In this document: in pieces, positions 57,059 to 64,000 of the stretch
Layout: each line of letters begins with the position of its first letter
Position numbering within the stretch: the first letter of the stretch is position 1
NCBI GenBank assembly: GCA_964597575.1
Contig: CAZQXB010000001.1
Span: 530,111-594,110 of the forward strand
Length of the DNA: 64,000 bases
Direction: 5' to 3'
Source: an uncultured Gammaproteobacteria bacterium
Lineage (GTDB): Bacteria > Patescibacteriota > Patescibacteriia > Magasanikbacterales > UBA922
Translations under genes and position numbers: made by a program
The notes under the pieces: generated by a model
Seen by the model: the letters and a program-made list of their open reading frames with translations, nothing else
Told to the model about the DNA's origin: nothing
Databases searched by the model: none

Positions 57059-58603
57059 ATGTCTTTTTCCCTCCTTGACCCTAAAAAGCTTCCTAGGATC
57101 ATGTACGATCAGACCCAATTTACTCCTCTTTATTTTGTGGGGAAGCAATCCTTGTGGCTTGTTGATTCTGCCCCAAAGCGACTTAACGAAATTTCAGGAT
57201 ACGGTCCAGACACCTGGTTTTTGTATACCCAAAAAGAACCGAAATCTTTTTTCTTTGGAGCATACCCTGAAGAAGTGCTAGAAAGAGAAGCTGAAAATGG
57301 TTTTACGACTTTTTCTAATGAAGATTTTTTCGTTCAATTTCAGGAACAGCAGGAGTCATTTTACGATCAAGTTTTAGCACTTTCCAAGCGTTATTTTTCT
57401 GATATATCCCAGAAGGAAAAAATTCTTTTAGAGGAAAATCCTTTACTCATAAGTCAGTTTGTAAAAGATTCTCAGATACTTATCGCGGAGATCATGGCAT
57501 ATTATCTTCATACGCAACCACAACGCCTATCTCAATTTGAACGACGTTTAAAAGATTTAGATATTCCTGAGGAGGAGAAGGAACTTCTGGTAACGCACGG
57601 GCGGTCGTTTACTTTTATTTCTAAACTTCGTTACGCTGTGGTTCATTTAGCAAAATTCATGCATGAACATGATATTTCATTTACTCATTTGAAAGAGAAA
57701 CATCCAGATCTGTGGGAAAAACATCAAGAAGCGGTAGAGCGCTATGGATTTTTATCCTGGGGTTTATTTGGTGGCGAGCATATTTCCGAAAACTCTTTAG
57801 ATCAAGTGGTCACTAATTTAAAACAGGGGAGCGAGCTTCACAAAGAACACGAGCAGCTTATAACAATAGAAAAAAACATGCAGGCTCGTGAAAGTTTGCT
57901 CTCAAAAGAATCAGGAGAGGCGCATTGTTTGGCTGATGTGATTGGTCATGTGGGTGTGATCAGGTTTAATCTTCAAACATACGTTCTGTGTCTTCTCAAA
58001 TATATCGATAATATCCTCGTTGCTTTGGCTGAAATTCATGGCATGTCCAAGGAGGATTTGGATGTGTATGAATATGCCGACCTTCTGCATCTTATTGAAA
58101 CAAAAGAGAAGCTCTCTCCAAGTGTTGCAGCCGAGCGCCGTAAAGGAATCTTAAAATATTTTAAAGATGGAGAAGTTGAACATTTCTATGGTGAAAAGGC
58201 GGGAAAACGCATTGCAGAGCTTTTGGAATTTAGAGAAAAAGAAATGCAAGGAATCAAAGAGGTAAAAGGAACCATTGCGTCGAAAGGAAAAGGTGGAGAA
58301 ACCGTGTTTCACAAACGTGCGTTTGTTTTGACCAGTTCTTTTGACGTTGAAAAATCCCTCGAAGCATTTCAAGATGGTGATGCGCTCGTTGCCACACAAA
58401 CTCACCCCAACCTTGTACCGTATATGAAACGTGCAAGTGTTATTGTCACTGATGAGGGCGGAGTTACCTGCCATGCTGCTATTGTTTCAAGAGAACTCGG
58501 GAAACCGTGTATTATAGGGACTCGACTTGGAACCAAAGCGTTCGTAACAGGTGAAGAAATTGAATTAGATATGGTCAAAGGAGTGGTTCGGAAAGTTTCC
58601 TAA
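57059..58603 (+). CDS. protein with C-terminal PEP-utilizing swivel (phospho-His) domain
   Basis: LVATQT.P...P.M..A..IVTDEGGVTCHAAIVSRELGKPCIIGT. Confidence 0.88.
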   Translation: MSFSLLDPKKLPRIMYDQTQFTPLYFVGKQSLWLVDSAPKRLNEISGYGPDTWFLYTQKEPKSFFFGAYPEEVLEREAENGFTTFSNEDFFVQFQEQQESFYDQVLALSKRYFSDISQKEKILLEENPLLISQFVKDSQILIAEIMAYYLHTQPQRLSQFERRLKDLDIPEEEKELLVTHGRSFTFISKLRYAVVHLAKFMHEHDISFTHLKEKHPDLWEKHQEAVERYGFLSWGLFGGEHISENSLDQVVTNLKQGSELHKEHEQLITIEKNMQARESLLSKESGEAHCLADVIGHVGVIRFNLQTYVLCLLKYIDNILVALAEIHGMSKEDLDVYEYADLLHLIETKEKLSPSVAAERRKGILKYFKDGEVEHFYGEKAGKRIAELLEFREKEMQGIKEVKGTIASKGKGGETVFHKRAFVLTSSFDVEKSLEAFQDGDALVATQTHPNLVPYMKRASVIVTDEGGVTCHAAIVSRELGKPCIIGTRLGTKAFVTGEEIELDMVKGVVRKVS

Positions 58604-58618
58604 AGAATTATTTTTAGT

Positions 58619-59560
58619 ATGACGTTCATTCGTACCTTTTCGGAAATCAGTAAGGATGATACTACCCTTGCGGGAGGAAAAGGTGCATCTTTGGGTGAAA
58701 TGACTCAGGCGAACATTCCTGTTCCAGAAGGTTTTGTTTTGCTATCCACGGCCTTTGATCGGTTCCTTGAGCAAACAGATCTATCCGTTGAAATTAATAC
58801 CATTTTGAATAGTGTAAACATCCAAGTGGTGCATACCGTCGATCAGGCATCTGAACAGATAAAAACCCTGATTCTTTCAAAGAAGATGCCGAAAGATCTA
58901 GAAGAAAATATTATCCGTTCATTTGAGGACCTTGGTGCAGAGTTTGTGGCTGTACGCTCGAGTGCAACTGCCGAAGATTCGTCGAGTGCTGCTTGGGCAG
59001 GGCAGCTCGATACATTTTTGAATACCCCAAAAGAAACCTTACTCAAGCGCGTTCAACAGTGCTGGGCGAGTCTTTTTACCCCAAGAGCAATATTCTACCG
59101 TTTTGAAAAAGAACTTCAACACACGAACATTTCTGTTGCCGTGGTGGTACAAAAAATGGTTCAGTCAGAAATTTCCGGGATCGCCTTTTCAGTTCATCCG
59201 GTAACTGAGGACAGAAATCAGCTGATTATTGAAGCTGGTTATGGGTTAGGAGAGGCGATTGTGTCAGGTCAGATTACACCGGACTCGTATGTTATTGAGA
59301 AAAATCCACGCGCAATCCTCGATATTAATATTGCCGAGCAAGAGCGGGGATTATACAGAGGTGCAAAAGAAAATGAGTGGAAGGCAATTTCCTCAGAAAA
59401 ACAGCAGATGCAGAAGTTATCAGATGCACAGATCCTCGAACTCTCTGAACTTATTTTACGAATCGAAAATCATTATGGGTTTCCGTGTGATATTGAGTGG
59501 GCCTATGCCAAAGGGGATTTCTTTATCGTGCAATCAAGACCAATCACGACACTTCTATAA
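58619..59560 (+). CDS. stand-alone PEP/pyruvate-binding (PPDK_N, ATP-grasp) domain protein
   Basis: GGKGASLGE, AVRSSA.AED...AGQ, GLGE.IVSG...PD, DIEWA, QSRPITT. Confidence 0.9.
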   Translation: MTFIRTFSEISKDDTTLAGGKGASLGEMTQANIPVPEGFVLLSTAFDRFLEQTDLSVEINTILNSVNIQVVHTVDQASEQIKTLILSKKMPKDLEENIIRSFEDLGAEFVAVRSSATAEDSSSAAWAGQLDTFLNTPKETLLKRVQQCWASLFTPRAIFYRFEKELQHTNISVAVVVQKMVQSEISGIAFSVHPVTEDRNQLIIEAGYGLGEAIVSGQITPDSYVIEKNPRAILDINIAEQERGLYRGAKENEWKAISSEKQQMQKLSDAQILELSELILRIENHYGFPCDIEWAYAKGDFFIVQSRPITTLL

Positions 59561-59650
59561 CCCGTTCTTTTTAAGAGCCCAGAAGAGGAGAGGACTACGG
59601 CTTTACCCAAAGATATGAACCGAACCACCCTCCAGGCTCCTATAGATACT

Positions 59651-59678
59651 ATGTCGCACATTGTATGTTATACGAAAT
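59651..59678. other. dif-like Xer recombination site (probable chromosome dimer-resolution site)
   Basis: ATGTCGCACAT-TGTATG-TTATACGAAAT, 11-6-11 architecture, at the gene-orientation switch. Confidence 0.7.
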
Positions 59679-60225
59679 AATATATAGGGAGAAAGAGGGG
59701 TTTTGCCCGCATACCTTGAGCCCTTCGGTGTAAGCTCGCAGGTCGCTATGAAGATTCCGGCAGCTCATACAGTATATACGAGCACCTTGCCTGATCCGCC
59801 AATTAAATATAACCATTAGTTTGTTCAATTTAAGTTCTGTATGCTCGGTATTACTTAATTACGGCCCGTACTGGTTCAGCCGTTTATTTGACTTAAGTTA
59901 CCAGTTTTACCCTATAAACGACCTCGTATAATCGTTTATACGCGTTTTAAATTATTTTCATGAGTCTTTATACCTTTAATTCTTTAAATCAAATCGTGTG
60001 AAGTTTCAAAATAAAAAATATTCTTATTCACTCATCACGGAAGTTAAATTTAAAGGAAACTAATTTTAGTAAAATGATTTTAAAATTTCGAACACTTTTT
60101 AAGTACCAGCGCCTATACGGCATCTCTATTTTATGAGACCTCGACAAAAAATACTCTGATCATACTACGATACATGCAATCCAGAACACTTTCTCATGAA
60201 CTTCCCTACCAGACTTACTATATTC

Positions 60226-60247
60226 ATGTCGCAATATTATGCGACAT
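60226..60247. repeat. palindrome related to the dif arm
   Basis: ATGTCGCA-ATATTA-TGCGACAT. Confidence 0.6.
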
Positions 60248-60270
60248 ATAAGCAGGGAAAGGGAAACGTC

Positions 60271-61536
60271 TTAAGAAACGTTTCCCACTAAAAAAGGTAG
60301 TCCAAGTGCCACTTGCTCTGGCACCTTTTTTGCCTTTGAGGCGGTGCTGCCAGCTAAAAGACCGCTGGCTAAACGAACCGTATTTGGACCGAATGTTTCA
60401 CTGAGCGTATCAACAACCTGGTACATGCGTTCTATGCGTGAGATTTTCTCTGGCTGCTCAAATAGTGATTGCTGCATACGAGAGATGTTGTTTAAATCAG
60501 ATAAGGTAACACCGCTTGCTCGGTACAATGTGTTTGGAACAAATAAACGTTCGAACATGGGCCGAATAAGCGAGAGCAGCTCGTTTGGGTAGGCTGATCG
60601 TCTGGTGCAGGTGGCATCTAACCCATCCATGGTAAATGTTTGGCGTTTAAGGAAAACACTAATACGCATGGCTCCTAATTTGCTTTTTCTTGCCTTAGCG
60701 CACGCAGTTTCTACGTTATGAACTAACTCAGAAAAGATTCTTCGACGATCGGTGGTTGGTGTAAACGTGTGGGTTCTTGAGATAGAACCATAGGTGCTTT
60801 GAGGCTCTTTGTGTATGCCGTAAATCGACTCCCCTTTTAATTCATGCCAAATATCTTGGTGGGGTTTTGTAAAGTGGTTTACGATGAAATTTTCATCTTT
60901 ACCAATAAATTCTCGGGCCGTGTGGATATTTAAACTGTGCATGTACTGTGCTGTGTTTCGACCAACGCCCCAAATATCGTGAACAGGAGTTTTTGCTAAA
61001 AAAGTATCTTTATCACGGAGGGATATTACGGTTAACCCGTCTGGTTTGTTAAATCGAGAAGCAATTTTGGCTAGTACTTTTGTAGGAGCTAACCCCACCG
61101 AAACGGTTAACCCTAAATTCTTTTCAATTTCCTTTTTCATGGCCGCTGCTATTTCACCATAGGTCATGTTATGAACGTGTTTAAGACCGGTAACATCGGC
61201 AAACCCTTCATCGATGCTGTAAGGTTCTACTGCGTCAGTAAATGTGCGCATGGTGTTAAATAACCGTTTGGAAAATGTGCTGTAGAGCTCGTAATTTCCC
61301 GGTAAAATAACTGCAGTTGGGCAGATGCGTTTGATCATGCCAATCGGCATGCCGCGAGTAATACCAAGCCGTTTTGCTTCATATGTAAGAGCTGCGGCAA
61401 TACCGCGTTCTTTCCCAACGACTACGGGTAAACCCTGTAACTTTGGGTTTACTGCCACCTCACATGCAGCAAAAAAGGCATCAGCGTCGACATGAAGAAT
61501 AGCGTTCGGAAGTGAACGCCCAGTGGTAGGGTTCAT
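60271..61536 (-). CDS. dinB: Y-family DNA polymerase (DinB/UmuC-like)
   Basis: HVDADAFFA, YEAK..G, YSIDE, K.LAK.AS...KPDG, IWGVG. Confidence 0.92.
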   Translation of the reverse strand: MNPTTGRSLPNAILHVDADAFFAACEVAVNPKLQGLPVVVGKERGIAAALTYEAKRLGITRGMPIGMIKRICPTAVILPGNYELYSTFSKRLFNTMRTFTDAVEPYSIDEGFADVTGLKHVHNMTYGEIAAAMKKEIEKNLGLTVSVGLAPTKVLAKIASRFNKPDGLTVISLRDKDTFLAKTPVHDIWGVGRNTAQYMHSLNIHTAREFIGKDENFIVNHFTKPHQDIWHELKGESIYGIHKEPQSTYGSISRTHTFTPTTDRRRIFSELVHNVETACAKARKSKLGAMRISVFLKRQTFTMDGLDATCTRRSAYPNELLSLIRPMFERLFVPNTLYRASGVTLSDLNNISRMQQSLFEQPEKISRIERMYQVVDTLSETFGPNTVRLASGLLAGSTASKAKKVPEQVALGLPFLVGNVS

Positions 61537-61547
61537 ATGGTAGGTGG

Positions 61548-62126
61548 TTATGAGTATTTACGAATGACACTCGTTACAACACCGGCAATTTTGAGTTCAC
61601 TTTCGGGATGAATATCGGGGTATGCTTTATTTGCGGGACGAAGAAATGGTTTTGTGTCTTTGTAGAGAAGATATTTCATGGTCCATTCGTGGTCGATTTC
61701 TGCGATGATAATATCACCTGGTTTTGGAGTTTTACGACGATCAACCACCACCATATCCCCTGCTACAATACCTGCTTCAATCATGGAATCTCCTGTTACC
61801 GTAAGCATGTAGGAAGAATCGGGGTGATCGAGGAGGTAGTCGTCTAAACTGAGCGTTGCTACGTCCTGTTCCTCGGCTGTACTTGGAAAACCAGCTTGGA
61901 CTGTTCCAAGGACACGAAGACCATATAATTTTGTTGTGGGAATTAATTTTCCTCCGGTACTTTTTCCAACCAACCCTTCATCAACGAATTTATCAATATA
62001 TTTATAGATCGAACCTTTTGATTGAACCCCGAAGATTGAGGCAAGTTCATCGTAGGTCGGTAACGAGCGGTGCTCCCGGTAGTATGCAACAAGTGCATGC
62101 TTTCTATTTTCATAGCGTTCATCCAT
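61548..62126 (-). CDS. lexA: LexA-family repressor with S24 autopeptidase (UmuD-like C-terminus)
   Basis: PT..EL...FG..S wHTH, AGFPS cleavage site, GDSM, TMK; start taken at MDERY. Confidence 0.88.
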   Translation of the reverse strand: MDERYENRKHALVAYYREHRSLPTYDELASIFGVQSKGSIYKYIDKFVDEGLVGKSTGGKLIPTTKLYGLRVLGTVQAGFPSTAEEQDVATLSLDDYLLDHPDSSYMLTVTGDSMIEAGIVAGDMVVVDRRKTPKPGDIIIAEIDHEWTMKYLLYKDTKPFLRPANKAYPDIHPESELKIAGVVTSVIRKYS

Positions 62127-62211
62127 ATGCATGTTGGATAATGCTGGAGAGAATAGATGCCGAGGTGTAGTCCGCAGATATTCTCTCCAACGGTAAATAA
62201 CCTGTAAATAC

Positions 62212-62241
62212 ATTATAGGAGAACACATGTTCTCCTGTCAA
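62212..62241 (-). promoter_or_regulatory. lexA promoter with SOS box
   Basis: Minus-strand TTGACA -18 nt- TATAAT enclosing the palindrome AGGAGAAC-acat-GTTCTCCT (62217-62236). Confidence 0.85.
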
Positions 62242-62264
62242 ATATTGGGTTATCCACAGAAGAA

Positions 62265-63512
62265 TTATGGAAGAAAATTCACTGGGTTAACAGGAATTCC
62301 CTCTTCGCGTACTTCAAAATGAAGATGAGGACCAGTAACAAATGGACCAGCACCAACGGTGCCCGGAGTACCACCAGAATATCCAATAATATCGCCTTTC
62401 GTTACGAACTGATCAGCAGTCACAACGATACGGCTTAAATGCCCATATACGGTCGATAGACCACCGCTATGGAGCAACATGACGTAACTATAGCAAGAAG
62501 AAGACGTGCAGGTTTTTGCGCGCCCTACATAGCCTGAACCAGCGGCGCGAACTGCAGTTCCTTGGCTGGCTCGAATATCAATGGCATTATGCTCAAATAC
62601 CTGGCGATATGGGTAGCCTGGATCACGAAACTTCGCTGTAATATATCGGCTTGCGGTAGGCCACGAGAATGTTGTATCCCCTGCCTCTGATTTTTGTTTT
62701 AATTTTTCCTGTTCTTCAAGACGCTGACGAACCTGGCGTTCGATACTTACAATTTCATTTTCAATTTGCTGATACTGTTTTCGTAAGTTTCCAAGTAGTG
62801 TTTTATAGGTCATTTCTGATGCACGGGTTTCGGCAAGAAGGTTTTCTTTGGAATAGGTTTGTTCTCGTAGGTCTTTCTTTTGGTTTTCCAAAGTTTCTCG
62901 CAAAGTTTGGTATGCCACTTTCCGCTCTCCTACTTGGGTTTTCTTTGTTTCCAGATCCGTTTTAATTAAACGCATTGCACGAACACTCTGCCCCAAATCT
63001 TCTTCCATGGTCTGTAAGTAATAGAGGCGGTTATAGAAATCAGAAAAAGTACTGTACGCAGCCATGACCTCGATAACACTTTTCTGATCTTCATAATAGA
63101 GGGTGCGAACAAGCTCTGCAATCATGGTTTTTTGTCGAGCCAGGGTTTTTTCTTTATCCGCAATGCTTAGAGTAAGAGATTCCAGCTCAAGCGTAATCGT
63201 ATCCAGTTTCTCCTCGGTTAATTTGATATCAAGTTCAACCCCCTCCTTTTGAGCATCTAAAATAGCAAGCTGGTTTTTAAGAGAGCCTGCTTGGGTCTGT
63301 TTTGTGGCAATAAGTTTATTCGTATTCGCAATCGCAGCCTCTAATTCTTCAACTTTCTTACGATTTTCGGCAATACGGTCATTGAGGGCTTTTACCTCTG
63401 GGGAAACAACCTCACTTGTTTGCCCAAATGCTAAAAACGGATGAATAAAAAATCCTCCGATAAGAAGGCAGAGTGCAAGTGCGGTAGTAATAACAAAACG
63501 TGCCAGAAACAT
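62265..63512 (-). CDS. coiled-coil plus M23 peptidase protein (EnvC/CwlO-like)
   Basis: Signal peptide, long coiled coil, HNAIDI, YGHL, TGPHLHFEVR. Confidence 0.88.
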   Translation of the reverse strand: MFLARFVITTALALCLLIGGFFIHPFLAFGQTSEVVSPEVKALNDRIAENRKKVEELEAAIANTNKLIATKQTQAGSLKNQLAILDAQKEGVELDIKLTEEKLDTITLELESLTLSIADKEKTLARQKTMIAELVRTLYYEDQKSVIEVMAAYSTFSDFYNRLYYLQTMEEDLGQSVRAMRLIKTDLETKKTQVGERKVAYQTLRETLENQKKDLREQTYSKENLLAETRASEMTYKTLLGNLRKQYQQIENEIVSIERQVRQRLEEQEKLKQKSEAGDTTFSWPTASRYITAKFRDPGYPYRQVFEHNAIDIRASQGTAVRAAGSGYVGRAKTCTSSSCYSYVMLLHSGGLSTVYGHLSRIVVTADQFVTKGDIIGYSGGTPGTVGAGPFVTGPHLHFEVREEGIPVNPVNFLP

Positions 63513-63699
63513 ATAGGCATACTATACCACAAAGAAGCAGTCTCGTCTTTAGGTTCTTAGTTGATTAACTCAAATTAATTTAGAAGATTTTACTCTGTAG
63601 ATAGAGGGGTTCTTTGAAAAAAGAACATGCTCTACCTCTAACTAAATTTCCTAGACGTAAAATAAATAATAAGGGATATTCTGGTAAGTTAAAAAACTA

Positions 63700-64000
63700 C
63701 TATTCAATCCGTCTGGCAGCCTTTTTCACTCTTTCAATCGTCTTTGTCTTCCCTAAAAATCCAGCCAAATCAAATGGCCCTGGGGAGTTCTTTTCTCCAG
63801 AGAGTGCCACTCGCATTGGCCAGAGCACATCGCCTGTCCCGTAACCTTTTTCTTTGATCCAGAGCATAATACCAGCTTCAAGCGAAGCTTTATCCCAGAA
63901 CTGTTCATCGATACCTTCAAATACCTCTGCAAGCTCAGTCAGTTTCGCTTTCGCATCTTCTTTCGTTGATTTTTTCCAAGTCAAAAGATCTGGTTCGTAG
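63700..64000 (-). CDS. gltX: glutamate--tRNA ligase, C-terminal anticodon-binding domain (5' part outside the window)
   Basis: LWPMRVALSG...SPGPF......LG......R; frame open to the window end. Confidence 0.85.
   Translation of the reverse strand, partial: YEPDLLTWKKSTKEDAKAKLTELAEVFEGIDEQFWDKASLEAGIMLWIKEKGYGTGDVLWPMRVALSGEKNSPGPFDLAGFLGKTKTIERVKKAARRIE

Noticed and set aside
59800-60220. oriC (AT-rich intergenic region)
   Set aside because: Genes converge rather than diverge, no DnaA-box cluster was seen, and a dif-like site is adjacent
1-64000. Alternative genetic code (UGA=Gly, code 25)
   Set aside because: Conserved genes are full length under code 11 and several end in TGA (znuB, nfo, the alpha/beta hydrolase)

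Overview
A 64-kb chromosomal segment from a small-genome bacterium. It is most consistent with Patescibacteria/CPR (Parcubacteria/ABY1-like): dense genes, mostly SD-less AT-rich starts, TGA used as stop, CPR-typical families. Almost all genes lie on + up to ~59.6 kb and on - after ~60.2 kb, and a 28-bp dif-like Xer site sits at the switch, so this is probably the replication terminus. Core content: UvrD-nuclease, dciA, proS, mreBCD-mrdA, greA, lysS, serS, murF/murE/murG, FemABX, ftsQ/ftsB/ftsEX, Zur-znuACB, nfo, rmlCD, five tRNAs, alpha-2-macroglobulin with convergent pbpC, a split dikinase-like pair, a lexA-dinB cassette, an EnvC-like M23 protein and the 3' end of gltX. The most notable unexplained elements: (1) a ~400-nt ORF-less, highly structured RNA with its own sigma70 promoter and terminator between murG and rmlC, part of which can be drawn as a circularly permuted group I-like core; (2) an antibiotic-resistance-type ABC-F behind a folded leader with an MKL uORF; (3) a small structured element built from copies of the tRNA-Gly 3' end; (4) the dif region with a second, spacer-less dif-like palindrome. 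All calls come from reading the sequence by eye; no searches were run.
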